Shown here: positions 1 to 10,012 of the stretch, piece after piece
How the letters are laid out: each line of letters opens with the position of its first letter
Numbering within the stretch: position 1 is the stretch's first letter
Source: an uncultured cyanobacterium
GTDB lineage: Bacteria; Cyanobacteriota; Cyanobacteriia; PCC-9006; JAAUQQ01
Length of the DNA stretch: 64,000 nucleotides
NCBI GenBank assembly: GCA_963718615.1
Contig: OY970368.1
Span: 896,001 to 960,000 of the forward strand
Direction of reading: 5' to 3'
Program-made: the position numbers and the translations under genes
The notes under the pieces: model-generated
What the model was told of the DNA's origin: nothing
Databases searched by the model: none
The model's input: the letters and a program-made list of their open reading frames with translations, nothing else

Positions 1-247
1 AACTCAGCTCCGCACTGAAATCGCCCGACTCTATGATCAAGTCGACCAGCTCTCCCCCGTCAATCTTCAGGAAATTGCCCAAGCCGTTACCATTCCCCAA
101 TTTTGGCTGGATCTTTCTGAGGCAGAACGTCGTTTTTTCTTTCGAGAATTTATCCGACAGATTGAGCTGAGCTATGCCACGTCAGGCGCGGTCGAACCGC
201 CTTGGTCGCTGCGGCTTCAGCTTATTTTCTCTCTCCAGATAGGGTAA
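1..247 (+). CDS. 3' end of a conserved cyanobacterial recombinase-family (serine recombinase-like) protein, truncated by the window edge
   Basis: Frame 2 reads ..LRTEIARL..SPVNLQEIAQAVTIPQFWLDLSEAERRFFFREFIRQIEL.. to TAA at 245-247; motif recalled from cyanobacterial recombinase-family C-termini. Confidence 0.6.
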   Translation, partial: TQLRTEIARLYDQVDQLSPVNLQEIAQAVTIPQFWLDLSEAERRFFFREFIRQIELSYATSGAVEPPWSLRLQLIFSLQIG

Positions 248-508
248 TTAATAAGTCTTGCACAGGCAAATGTTCTGGAATCCGTCAAAGTGTAAGGTTC
301 TATGAACCTTGGCCGATCCTCTGATCTAAAGTAAGCAACAATAAAAGTCAGCAACAACAAACGCAACGGTTCAGACCTAGTCTTCCAGGGGCTCTTTATT
401 GATCGCGCCAAACCGCATGGAGCTCAAGGATATGTATTTGGGCCAAGCTGCGTGATCTGATCTTGCTGGGTCAGGACCCAAGCCGCTTTGCCTACGAGGC
501 CACAAGCT

Positions 509-1117
509 ATGAGACTTGCCCGCCGAACTGCTCCCCCAGAAGCCGAGACCAAAACTCGCATTTTGAAAGCAGCTCAACATCTTTTTGCTCGCTATGGCTA
601 TGACGGAACTACAACCCGTGATCTAGCCCAGGCCGCAGGGGTTGCAGAAGGCACCCTCTTCCGCCACTTTCCCAATAAGAAATCGATCCTGGTTGAGCTT
701 GCGACGGAAGGTTGGGTTGAGCTTTTAACCGATTTGCTTACCGAGCTCAGTGAAATGAGCAGCTATCAAGCCGTAGGGGATGTGATGCGGAAACGGATGC
801 AGCATCTCAAGGAAAATACAGATTTAGTCCGGGTTTGTTTCATGGAGACTCAATTTCACCCCGATCTGCAAGAGCGGATTCAAGGGGAAGTCTTAGACAA
901 AATGATGAATGTCGCGGAAGCCTTTTTTCAAACGGCGATCGATCGCGGCATTTACCGACCCATTAACCCCAAAGTGATTGCGCGGGTCTTTCTCGGGATG
1001 TTTATGGTGGCAGGATTTAGCGAAGTGACGATTTTGGAGCAAGATACCTCTCCCCAGATGCTGCGTGAAATGGCAGAAGGGCTTTCGGATATTTTCCTCC
1101 ATGGCGTTTTAGCCTAG
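509..1117 (+). CDS. TetR/AcrR family transcriptional regulator
   Basis: N-terminal HTH RILKAAQHLFARYGYDGTTTRDLAQAAGVAEGTLFRHF; ATG 509 preferred over TTG 488. Confidence 0.93.
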   Translation: MRLARRTAPPEAETKTRILKAAQHLFARYGYDGTTTRDLAQAAGVAEGTLFRHFPNKKSILVELATEGWVELLTDLLTELSEMSSYQAVGDVMRKRMQHLKENTDLVRVCFMETQFHPDLQERIQGEVLDKMMNVAEAFFQTAIDRGIYRPINPKVIARVFLGMFMVAGFSEVTILEQDTSPQMLREMAEGLSDIFLHGVLA

Positions 1118-1159
1118 CTCTCTCCAGTCAACACGGCCAGACAAAATAAAACTACAACG

Positions 1160-1196
1160 AAAAAGGGGGGAAGACTAACGGTCTTCCCCCCTTTTT
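1160..1196. terminator. Bidirectional Rho-independent terminator
   Basis: AAAAAGGGGGGAAGAC-taacg-GTCTTCCCCCCTTTTT between convergent tetR and mraY. Confidence 0.9.
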
Positions 1197-1249
1197 AATT
1201 TGATGGGTCGATGAGCCTAAAAAATCCTTAGCTGCGTTGGAGTTTGGTG

Positions 1250-2347
1250 TTAGTGAACCATCCAGGAGACGAAGCCCAGGGCGACGGTTAAGAAGTAAAA
1301 CGCCCCTACCACCTTCGTTTCCGCCCAACCCGATAGCTCTAGATGGTGATGAATCGGAGCCATCTTAAACAAACGCTTGCCGACACCATCCGGCCCCTTG
1401 GTTGCTTTGTAAAAACTAACCTGAGCAATAACCGATAGCGACTCCACTAGGAATAAGCCACCAATCACCAACAGAATCCAGAGCAGGTTTGCCATCAGTG
1501 CCACTGCGGCCAAGGCCCCCCCTAGGGCCAGGGATCCCGTATCTCCCATAAAGACGCGGGCCGGATTGCGGTTATGAACCAGGAATCCCATGTAGCTACC
1601 GCTGAGGGCCGCACAGAACAGCATCAGTTCGGGGGATTGGGGAGCCGCAAAGGCCCCCAGACCGAGGAGGGCGATCGCCCCAGTCCCAGCCGCCAATCCA
1701 TCTACCCCATCCGTAAGATTGGTTGCGTTACTTTCCGCTGTCATCACAAACAACGCTAAGGGCCAGAACAGGAATCCCAGGGGGAGAATCCAGCCAAAGG
1801 GCAAATTAACCGACGTCACAGACTCTAGACCCGAACCAAAGGCTAGCCAGAGACAAAAGAGTGAACCGAAGCCAACCTGCAGGAGCAGTTTGAGTTGGGG
1901 AGAGATTCCCTTGTTGGAGCGATCGCGCAGGATCCGCCAATCATCCAGCCAACCAATTAAACCGTAGGCAAAGGTCAATCCTGCTGCGGCCAAGACCTTC
2001 GGCGCAAACCCCGAGGCCAACACCGCAAACACCAGCGCCACTGGTACCACGAAGATTCCGCCCATCGTGGGTGTCCCAGCCTTCTTCAAATGGGCTTGGG
2101 GACCGTCCTCCCGAATATATTGTTCTGCCTTGATCTGCCGCAGAGCTGGGATCACCCAGTAGCCCAAGACACCGGACAGGAGCGTACAGCAAGCAAACGG
2201 GAGAAACAAGGAATAAACGCTGGCGAAGGACCGCTGGGCGATCGCATCGAGCACTAAAGCACCCACAATCAAACCGCTGGACAGAAACCAGAGGAGTTTC
2301 GTCCCCGAGAGACCACTAGACCGATTTGCTAAAAATTTGGCATCCAC
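1250..2347 (-). CDS. mraY: Phospho-N-acetylmuramoyl-pentapeptide transferase
   Basis: KKAGTPTMGG, NATNLTDGVDGLA, FMGDTGSLALG and MAPIHHHLEL motifs. Confidence 0.97.
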   Translation of the reverse strand: MDAKFLANRSSGLSGTKLLWFLSSGLIVGALVLDAIAQRSFASVYSLFLPFACCTLLSGVLGYWVIPALRQIKAEQYIREDGPQAHLKKAGTPTMGGIFVVPVALVFAVLASGFAPKVLAAAGLTFAYGLIGWLDDWRILRDRSNKGISPQLKLLLQVGFGSLFCLWLAFGSGLESVTSVNLPFGWILPLGFLFWPLALFVMTAESNATNLTDGVDGLAAGTGAIALLGLGAFAAPQSPELMLFCAALSGSYMGFLVHNRNPARVFMGDTGSLALGGALAAVALMANLLWILLVIGGLFLVESLSVIAQVSFYKATKGPDGVGKRLFKMAPIHHHLELSGWAETKVVGAFYFLTVALGFVSWMVH

Positions 2348-2477
2348 AGGTCAACTTTCTCGCTTCACTCTTCACAACACACCAAACAGCTTTCGCTGAC
2401 AGATTTCCGCAATCCGAATTTGAGCCTAAAAATATCGCAAAACAAAATGTTTGTCAGTGTACTTGCTCACAATACCC

Positions 2478-2723
2478 TTAGTCGTCGAGATCGTCGTCAT
2501 CATCGAAATCGTCGTCCTCGTCCTCGTAACGGCTGTCATCGGTTCCCATGAGGGCGCTGATCTCTTCTTCATCGCCTAGGATTTTTTCTAAATCAACATC
2601 ATCATCGCGGGAGATCAAACGACCGCTTTTTTCTAGCCACTCTAGAATCGACGGCTCTCCCGTTGAAGGAAGCACGGGGGCCTGCTGATAGCGAGGCTCT
2701 GCCCGAAGGGAAGGGTTATCCAT
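2478..2723 (-). CDS. Small conserved cyanobacterial protein (DUF3134-like) with acidic tail
   Basis: NPSLRAEPRY..SILEWLEKSGRLISRD; usual neighbour of mraY. Confidence 0.75.
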   Translation of the reverse strand: MDNPSLRAEPRYQQAPVLPSTGEPSILEWLEKSGRLISRDDDVDLEKILGDEEEISALMGTDDSRYEDEDDDFDDDDDLDD

Positions 2724-2887
2724 AGAAAATGCCGTTTTTGCGACTCAAGCTGAAACAATGCCTAACAATGCATGCATTTGGGCAGGGTATAACTTGCCCA
2801 TTATCGGCATGTCAAGGGCACCATTCATCATAATCGAAGAAGCGAAAAGCGCCCTAGAAAGACTCTACGAAGAACAGAACAATTCCC

Positions 2888-3466
2888 ATGCTAGGCAAAA
2901 CAGAACTCTTAGAAATGCTGAATGGCCTCAATCGCGGCATTGTAGCGACTTCCGAGCAGCGAACCTGGGTAGAAGCCGCCGTGACTCGCCTTGAAGAACG
3001 AAATCCCACTCCTACACCTACGGAGGCGGCCTCGCTGCTAGATGGCGACTGGCGACTGCTCTATACGACCAGTACCGAACTCTTGGGGATCGATGGTTGG
3101 CCTTTGCTCCAGCTCGGACCGGTGTATCAATGTATTCGGGTGGCTCAGGGCCAGGTGTTTAATCTGGCGGAAGTTGAAGGAATTCCCTACTGTGAGGGGC
3201 TAGTTTCGGTGGGAGCCCGGTTTGAGGCCACAGGCCCACGCCGCCTGACGGTCCATTTTGAGCGTGCCCTCTTTGGGCTCCAGCGCTGGGTGAACTATGT
3301 CAGTCCCGCTCAGTTTATTCCGAAGATTCAGTCGGGTGAAAGCTTTGCAGCGATCGACTTCATGATTCGCGATCGCCAGGGCTGGATTGATCTGACCTAT
3401 CTGGATGCCGACCTCCGCATCAATCGCGGAAACGAAGGGAGTCTTTTCATTCTGACCAAAGTTTGA
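2888..3466 (+). CDS. PAP/fibrillin family protein
   Basis: LEERNPTPTP, LLDGDWRLLYTTS, GWIDLTYLDADLRINRGNEGSLFIL. Confidence 0.93.
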   Translation: MLGKTELLEMLNGLNRGIVATSEQRTWVEAAVTRLEERNPTPTPTEAASLLDGDWRLLYTTSTELLGIDGWPLLQLGPVYQCIRVAQGQVFNLAEVEGIPYCEGLVSVGARFEATGPRRLTVHFERALFGLQRWVNYVSPAQFIPKIQSGESFAAIDFMIRDRQGWIDLTYLDADLRINRGNEGSLFILTKV

Positions 3467-3485
3467 GTATGATAATAAAACTCCT

Positions 3486-3567
3486 GCGGACGTGGCGGAA
3501 TTGGTAGACGCGCTAGATTTAGGTTCTAGTGCCGCAAGGCGTGAAGGTTCAAGTCCTTTCGTCCGCA
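3486..3567 (+). tRNA. trnL: tRNA-Leu(TAG)
   Basis: GCGGACG/CGTCCGC acceptor stem, TGGCGGAATTGGTAGAC D-arm, CTAGA-TTTAGGT-TCTAG anticodon arm, long variable arm, GGTTCAAGTCC T-arm; CCA not encoded. Confidence 0.97.
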
Positions 3568-3945
3568 TTAGCTCAGCTCATCCCCTGCAAACAACTTAGT
3601 TCATCGATGGGGATTCATTCATTGCGATAGGAATTAGGGTTATGAGAGCTTTCTGGAAGCATTCTCAGAAACTCAGGTTTTGGATCAATGGTATTCAAAC
3701 CCTTAGCCCAAGCTACTGCAAGGGTTTAGTCAGTGGAATCCTCCATTGACCGAGATGAAGCATCGTCCCGGATTTGCTCAGAATTGGGTTAAGAAACTTT
3801 ATTCTTTGTTACAACTACCGTATACTACCGAGGATAGTTGGCAGTCAGGGTGTTCAGGGGGGCTTAGCGCTTGATTTTTCAGCGTTTCAACCCTAGCATT
3901 TTGGCGTTCCGGTATCAGTCGAGAGTGGTAAGGAGTGGAACCAGA

Positions 3946-5037
3946 ATGTCGGAGGCGCAAATGCCCCTGACGGTGCCGAAGGAGTTTATACGTCCGCCGG
4001 GTCGCTTCAACCCCAATGTCTGGATGTTGTGCTCCGCGTTTGTGTTGATGGCACTGTCGGTCCTCGGTCATTTTTGCTGGCACTGGCTCGGCGTGGGTTG
4101 TTTTTTGCTGAGCGTTCTGTCGCTCCATTTAGCAGGCACGGTGATTCATGATGCCTCCCACCATGCGGCGCACCCCAATCGGGTCGTTAACGCTGTGATG
4201 GGTCATGCAAGCGCGTTGCTGTTAGGCTTTTCGTTCCCGGTTTTTACACGGGTTCACATGCAGCACCATGCCAACGTCAATGATCCGGAAAACGACCCAG
4301 ACCATTTTGTTTCAACGGGTGGTCCGCTCTGGATGATTGCAGCTCGCTTTTTCTATCACGAGATTTATTTTTTCCACCGCCGTCTCTGGCGCAAATATGA
4401 GCTGCTGGAGTGGTTTTTGGCTCGGTTAGCCGTTGCAGTCTTGGTTTACACGTCGGTGCAATTGGGTTTCTTGGGCTTTTTGATGAACTTTTGGTTCACG
4501 CCTGCCCTCGTGGTGGGCATTGCCTTGGGTCTGTTCTTTGATTATTTTCCTCATCGGCCCTTTCAAGAGCGCGATCGCTGGAAAAATGCCAGAGTCTACC
4601 CCAGTCGCATTCTCAATCTGCTGATCATGGGTCAGAATTATCACCTGATTCATCATCTGTGGCCCTCTATTCCCTGGTATCGCTATCAAGGAGCTTATTA
4701 CGCCACCCAGCACATTTTGGATGCAAAGGGCTCCCCCCAAACCCTAGGGATTTTGGAAAGCTGGAAAAGCTTTTTTAGCTTTGTCTACGATGTGTTTCTA
4801 GGCATTCGCTGGGGACACCATCCCTCCTCCGCCAATACCTCAGCCGTCACCGAAGACAATGCCACGGCCAACCTGCCCTCTTTCCCTTCCTTGAATGTCT
4901 CAACCCACACGGGTTCGACCAATAACTGTCTCTGCGTGGGCCATGGTCGACTGAGCCCCAACGGTGTTGTCGAGCAACAGCTCATGAGCGCGACCCATCA
5001 TTGTCCCACTCAACCGGTTAAAACCGGGATTCGCTAA
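3946..5037 (+). CDS. crtR: Beta-carotene hydroxylase (fatty acid desaturase superfamily)
   Basis: His boxes HDASH, HMQHH, HLIHH; DPENDPDHFVSTGGPLW; ATG 3946 preferred; low-complexity C-terminal extension. Confidence 0.92.
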   Translation: MSEAQMPLTVPKEFIRPPGRFNPNVWMLCSAFVLMALSVLGHFCWHWLGVGCFLLSVLSLHLAGTVIHDASHHAAHPNRVVNAVMGHASALLLGFSFPVFTRVHMQHHANVNDPENDPDHFVSTGGPLWMIAARFFYHEIYFFHRRLWRKYELLEWFLARLAVAVLVYTSVQLGFLGFLMNFWFTPALVVGIALGLFFDYFPHRPFQERDRWKNARVYPSRILNLLIMGQNYHLIHHLWPSIPWYRYQGAYYATQHILDAKGSPQTLGILESWKSFFSFVYDVFLGIRWGHHPSSANTSAVTEDNATANLPSFPSLNVSTHTGSTNNCLCVGHGRLSPNGVVEQQLMSATHHCPTQPVKTGIR

Positions 5038-5099
5038 ACGTCGGGCTCATGGAGTAGAGTCCTACGATCGCACCACTCTAGACAACAACCTTGCCTTGC

Positions 5100-5130
5100 A
5101 AAAGGGGGACGCTACATGCGTCCCCCTTTT
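5100..5130. terminator. Bidirectional Rho-independent terminator
   Basis: AAAAGGGGGACGC-tacat-GCGTCCCCCTTTT between convergent crtR and aroH. Confidence 0.9.
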
Positions 5131-5185
5131 ATTGTCTCAATATGATTTTCTTAATTCAGCGATTCATCCGGGTCAAGGTGCTAGA

Positions 5186-5632
5186 TTAAACGGTCGGTCG
5201 TGCCAAGTGCCAGTCCGGTCGTAATTGCTTAGCCTGTCGCAAATAGGGGTGATACACCGTCTCATCCAGGGTTTCGCTGTTGATATGAAGCAATAGTCGA
5301 ATGCAACGCTCCAAGCTTCCCACAACGTACATTTGTTGAACATCAAGCAAGGGCACATCTCCCCAACCTGGACGCTCACGGGCGACTGAAGCCGGAAAGA
5401 TCGCATCCAAGTCTTTTGTTACAGAAAACGTAAGACTCACAATCTGGCGGGGATCAATGCGATTATGGGACTCCAGCTCATCTAGGAGCTCAGTCACCGC
5501 TTCTCGAATCGCTGCCGCAGAGTTTTCCGGCACCGTCGTCGCCCCTCGAATTGCCCGCACTTGCCACGACACTACGCAATCCTCCTCAAATTTCCTAACG
5601 ATGATAGGTTTTGTTGCTATTCCCTTTGCCAT
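5186..5632 (-). CDS. aroH: Chorismate mutase, AroH class
   Basis: VRAIRGATT, FSVTKDLDAIFPA, LERCIRLLLH, HPYLRQAKQLRPD; true start may be GTG near 5572. Confidence 0.93.
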   Translation of the reverse strand: MAKGIATKPIIVRKFEEDCVVSWQVRAIRGATTVPENSAAAIREAVTELLDELESHNRIDPRQIVSLTFSVTKDLDAIFPASVARERPGWGDVPLLDVQQMYVVGSLERCIRLLLHINSETLDETVYHPYLRQAKQLRPDWHLARPTV

Positions 5633-5661
5633 TACGCTTCATTCCTAAGACTTCGTCCCCC

Positions 5662-6498
5662 CTAAGGACGATACAGCCAAAGGGGTAATCCGTTGGTCTC
5701 AAGTTCAAAGCCCAACTGCTCAAGTCCCATAGACCAACGGCTAGAAGACCGCTGGGTTCCTGAGACCAGACCACCGGAGAGGATCCGGCTCCAAAAGGGC
5801 TTGCGCTCTTCTAGGGTAAACAGCTCTGTCTTTTCTGGGTCTAGCCCAACCAATTCAGCCAGCCAACGACGGGCATCCTCTTCGGTTCCCAATCGATCCA
5901 CAATGCCTAAGGCCAGCGCTTGCTCCCCCGTAAAAATGCGCCCATCTGCAAAACTCTTCACGGCATCAACTGCTAAATTCCGGGCTTCTGCCACAGTCTT
6001 CACAAACTGCTCATAGCTGGTGTCGATGAGTTCTTGCAAAATCGACTGCTCCGAAGCGGTAAGTTCCCGGTCAAAGGCCAAAATGTCTTTGTAAGGGCCA
6101 GACTTAATCACCTGAAAGGAGATGCCTACCCGTTCTAATAGTCGCTCTAAGTTATTGCCTCGGAGAATTACCCCGATACTGCCAGTAATGGTCCCTGGAT
6201 TGGCGACAATATGATGGGCTCCCATACCGATATAGACGCCCCCCGAAGCCGAAATATTGCCAAAGCTGGCCACAATTTTTGTCTTTTTTTGTAGACGACG
6301 AAGGGCGCTGTAGATTTCTTGGGAATCACCAACGGTTCCCCCAGGACTATCAATTCGGAGCAACAGTCCTGGAAATTCCCGTTCTTCAACCGTCTTAAGG
6401 GCTTTGAGAACCTGTTCCCGAGTAGCTCCGGCGATCGCCCCTGAAACCTCAATACGAGCAAGTTTTTTACGAGACCGGCGTTTAAAGGGCCAAAACAT
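5662..6498 (-). CDS. sppA: Signal peptide peptidase SppA (short S49 form)
   Basis: LRIDSPGG, ASGGVY, TITGSIGV, KSGPYKD, ADGRIFTGEQA. Confidence 0.93.
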   Translation of the reverse strand: MFWPFKRRSRKKLARIEVSGAIAGATREQVLKALKTVEEREFPGLLLRIDSPGGTVGDSQEIYSALRRLQKKTKIVASFGNISASGGVYIGMGAHHIVANPGTITGSIGVILRGNNLERLLERVGISFQVIKSGPYKDILAFDRELTASEQSILQELIDTSYEQFVKTVAEARNLAVDAVKSFADGRIFTGEQALALGIVDRLGTEEDARRWLAELVGLDPEKTELFTLEERKPFWSRILSGGLVSGTQRSSSRWSMGLEQLGFELETNGLPLWLYRP

Positions 6499-6670
6499 AG
6501 AAAAAGCAGTTTTTTGACAAAAAGATAATCAGTGTAACGATGGACTAGGTGCGGAGCAAACCCATTTCCTCCATCTATTATGTCGGTCTAGGCCCCTGAC
6601 TGACTGCGCGAATCCTGTGAAGCCACTAGAATTTGTACATTGCGCCTCGTCCTTTTCCTCTGCCCGCTCC

Positions 6671-7900
6671 ATGCGTTTTCCTGTTTCCCGGTTTGATCTG
6701 AATCGTTCGCTCCTAGCTCGTCTTTTGTTGATTGCCCCGTTTTTTTTCTGGGGAACAGCAATGGTTGCGATGAAGGGTACCCTTCCCCATACCACCCCCC
6801 TTTTCGTGGCGACACTACGCTTGGTTCCCGCAGGATTGCTGATCTTGCTGGTGGCTTGGAGTACAGGCCGTCCAGGGCCGCGAGGCTGGCAGGCTTGGGC
6901 CTGGATCTTGGGATTTGCCGGGGTGGATGGCACGCTATTTCAAGGATTCTTGGCAGAAGGTCTCCAGCGTACGGATGCCGGTTTGGGCTCAGTTATGATT
7001 GATTCTCAGCCCTTAGCGGTTGCGCTGTTGGCCAGTTGGCTGTTTCAGGAGCGCATTGGTCTCTGGGGAGCGCTAGGACTATTGCTGGGGATTACAGGCA
7101 TTAGCTTTTTGGGTCTGCCTGATGAATGGCTGGTACAGGCGGCTCACGCCTTAGTGCAGCACCTAGGGGTCGGCTCTTTGGGGAGCTGGGATGGGGGGGC
7201 TCCGGGGCCACTGTTGCTGCCCGCCGGGGTGGGCTGGGATGTCCTGTTCCAAAATGGGCAATGGCTGATGCTCTTGGCGTCGTTGTCCATGGCGGTGGGC
7301 ACGATCTTGAGTCGATATGTGTCTCGTTGGGTTGACCCTGTGATGGCGACGGGCTGGCACATGCTCCTGGGGGGCTTGCCCTTGTTATGGCTTTCAGCCA
7401 CTCAAGAAGCTCATCAATGGGAGGCGCTGACCTGGACCGATTGGTCTGCGCTGGCCTATTCGACCGTGTTTGGGAGTGCGATCGCCTATGGTCTATTTTT
7501 CTACTTTGCCGCCCAAGGTAGCCTCACCAGTCTCAGTGCGTTGACCTTTTTAACCCCGGTTTTTGCCCTGCTATTTGGCAATCTCTTTCTCCAGGAAGTC
7601 CTGACGGGTCTCCAACAGGCTGGTGTCGCTTTAACGTTGGTCAGTATTTTTCTGATTAATCAGCGGGAGAGCTTAACCCCCTGGTTTTTAGCTTGGTTCC
7701 CCCCCCAGGCAGCGCTTTCCTCCGGTAATGATCCGGACAGCCCCAAGGGGTTCTCGCAATCTTTAACGGAATCGTCCACAGAGGCTATAACCTCTGTAGG
7801 CAGTACCCCATTACCAACCGCACTACCCAAATCGTCGTCCCCATCGTCTTCAGATCCGACCTTGTCCCCGTCTTCTAACCCTTCTCCAAACGCATCTTAA
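6671..7900 (+). CDS. DMT/EamA family transporter
   Basis: Two EamA repeats with about 10 hydrophobic helices (APFFFWGTAMVAMK..DSQPL..LTFLTPVFALLFG); Ser/Pro-rich tail. Confidence 0.9.
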   Translation: MRFPVSRFDLNRSLLARLLLIAPFFFWGTAMVAMKGTLPHTTPLFVATLRLVPAGLLILLVAWSTGRPGPRGWQAWAWILGFAGVDGTLFQGFLAEGLQRTDAGLGSVMIDSQPLAVALLASWLFQERIGLWGALGLLLGITGISFLGLPDEWLVQAAHALVQHLGVGSLGSWDGGAPGPLLLPAGVGWDVLFQNGQWLMLLASLSMAVGTILSRYVSRWVDPVMATGWHMLLGGLPLLWLSATQEAHQWEALTWTDWSALAYSTVFGSAIAYGLFFYFAAQGSLTSLSALTFLTPVFALLFGNLFLQEVLTGLQQAGVALTLVSIFLINQRESLTPWFLAWFPPQAALSSGNDPDSPKGFSQSLTESSTEAITSVGSTPLPTALPKSSSPSSSDPTLSPSSNPSPNAS

Positions 7901-8086
7901 GACGTCTCAAGGGCGTTTCAAGGGCGTCTAAAAACAGCCCATTAACCGTTTCTCCTATATTCTCTAGCCAGTGCTTTCGGTCTTCTTTTAGGTATAAAAA
8001 GTATTTTTTGTTATAAAGGCTGTGATGTTTGCGTCCGCCCATTTGCCCTTCCTGTTCGCTCTACCCCATTCACCCCTGCCAAACTG

Positions 8087-9472
8087 ATGATCTTCTATCG
8101 CCTAGTCTGGAGTGCAGTTTTCATCACCCTTGCTTGGGGCTGGGGGGGGCTGAGTGCTCCTTTGTCGTGGGGAGAGCGAGCGAGCGCAGCCAATCCAGCG
8201 GACGAAACCCCAGCAACCCCTGAACGTCCCACCCTCAGCCCTGGAGACAGCGGACCTTTAGTGCGAGATCTCCAGATCAAGCTCAAGCGGCTTTCTTACT
8301 ATAGCGATGACATTGATGGCGAATTCGACGCAGCAACACAGGCAGCAGTAGAAACCTTTCAGCAGGATCAAAAGGTTCCGGTTACTGGGGTAGTTGATGC
8401 AGAAACCTGGCGAGTTTTGGCCGATCCGGTTACGGCTCAAATCGAAGCCGCCATCAAAACAGCAGCCCAGGAGACAGCGAAAGAGAGCTCTGAAACGACG
8501 GATTCTCCTTCAACGACGGATACAGAATCCACGCAAGCTTCCCCCGAGAATTCCAGCTATCGTCTATTACTCATGGGAATTGCCCTCGGTGGCATTGGGA
8601 TTGGTGGCATTGGGCTTTGGCAAATGCTCCGTCCTGGGAATTCTAGACCTAAGCGAGTCAAACGGACAGTGCGTCGATCGAAGCAGCGCACCGTTGCCAT
8701 CGCGACTGAATTTGCTCGGGACGCCGCAGAGGAGACTAGCGAGTCTGTTGCACTTTCGGTTGCTGCACCGACCGAGTGGGTTCAATCCCAATCCCAATCG
8801 TCGCCCGACACTGCCTTGGATATGCCGCCCTCTCAACCTTCTACGCCGAAACCCTTGCCGCCCCACGCATCCCTTACTCCCCCCCCTCCGCCCTCAATGT
8901 TGCGCAAGCGGCAAGATGAAGCGATGCCCCTGACCCCGACCTCTCGGCTAGCCCGCATTGACATCATTGAAACGCTCATCGTGGATTTACAAAGTCCCGA
9001 TTCAACTAAGCGTCGCAAAGCCATTTGGGAACTAGGCCAACGGGCGGATTCACGCGCGATTCAGCCCCTGGTCAACTTGATGGGAACGTCGGATTCCAGG
9101 CAGCGAAGCCTGATTTTGGGCGCATTGTCGGAGATTGGCAGCCAAACGCTCAAGCCGATGAAGCGCGCCCTCGCGATGTCGTTGCAGGATAGCAATGCCG
9201 AAGTCCGTAAGAATGCCATCCGCGACTTAACCCGTATTTATGATTTGGTGGGTCAAATTAGTCACTTGCTGAGTGTCGCGACCGAAGACCAAGATGGAGA
9301 AGTACGAGAAACTGCGCAATGGGCCTTAGGTCAACTCAATCGGATTCGTTCTAATGCCAACCGAGAATCCCCAGGTCAGCAACAACTGCTGCAACAGTCC
9401 ATTAGCCCGCCAGAAACTTTTACGGAAGAATTACATTTCAATCCTCCCAAACCTAAAACAGAACTGAACTAA
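8087..9472 (+). CDS. Peptidoglycan-binding domain / TM / HEAT-repeat protein
   Basis: LSPGDSGPLVRDLQIKL..IDGEF..TQAAVETFQ..VTGVVDAETW, central TM helix, C-terminal HEAT repeats (RRKAIWELGQ..VRKNAIRDL..VRETAQWALGQL). Confidence 0.85.
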   Translation: MIFYRLVWSAVFITLAWGWGGLSAPLSWGERASAANPADETPATPERPTLSPGDSGPLVRDLQIKLKRLSYYSDDIDGEFDAATQAAVETFQQDQKVPVTGVVDAETWRVLADPVTAQIEAAIKTAAQETAKESSETTDSPSTTDTESTQASPENSSYRLLLMGIALGGIGIGGIGLWQMLRPGNSRPKRVKRTVRRSKQRTVAIATEFARDAAEETSESVALSVAAPTEWVQSQSQSSPDTALDMPPSQPSTPKPLPPHASLTPPPPPSMLRKRQDEAMPLTPTSRLARIDIIETLIVDLQSPDSTKRRKAIWELGQRADSRAIQPLVNLMGTSDSRQRSLILGALSEIGSQTLKPMKRALAMSLQDSNAEVRKNAIRDLTRIYDLVGQISHLLSVATEDQDGEVRETAQWALGQLNRIRSNANRESPGQQQLLQQSISPPETFTEELHFNPPKPKTELN

Positions 9473-9571
9473 TTCCCTCTCTCTTTGAATTTATGTTTTT
9501 CGGTCTGAAGCTTTTTCGGTTCGGGGCTTGGCTGAATTCCGAGAATGTCTCAAAATGGCTAGCTGGGACGA

Positions 9572-10012
9572 TTGGTTCTGCACTCTATGGTTGAAAACCT
9601 GGACAACCTCCGGATCACGCATCCTCTGGCCTCAGGTGCAATTATCTCTAGCACCGGGGGACATTTTACCTATCGAATTATTGGTCCTTGTTGTCGACTA
9701 TTTGACCGTGAACAACTGCCTTGGCCTTGCTGTCGTCTGCAATGGCGGGGTAAGGAACCTAGCTGGCGGCGGATTGGGCGTCGTTTTATTCCAGATCTTG
9801 CCACTCGTAAGTCCCCATCCTACAGCGTTGAAATTCTGGAACCGGGTTATTCCGGTGACATCGTGATTTTGACGCTTTACGAGACACGCTTAGATGCTAA
9901 AACTCAGGAGTGGTGGCATTCTCGCCGCCGGATAGACGCGATCGCCCCACTCCCCTCCTCTCCAGCATCCACCTACCTGTCCTCGGTTTATCAGGGAACG
10001 CTCCCTCTCTAA
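9572..10012 (+). CDS. Conserved cyanobacterial hypothetical protein
   Basis: GPCCRLFDREQLPWPCCRLQWRGKEPSWRRIGRRF motif; start may be ATG 9587. Confidence 0.7.
   Translation: MVLHSMVENLDNLRITHPLASGAIISSTGGHFTYRIIGPCCRLFDREQLPWPCCRLQWRGKEPSWRRIGRRFIPDLATRKSPSYSVEILEPGYSGDIVILTLYETRLDAKTQEWWHSRRRIDAIAPLPSSPASTYLSSVYQGTLPL

Noticed and set aside
3486-3800. tRNA-Leu as an island integration site
   Set aside because: No adjacent integrase or duplicated tRNA 3' end; the flanks are core genes.
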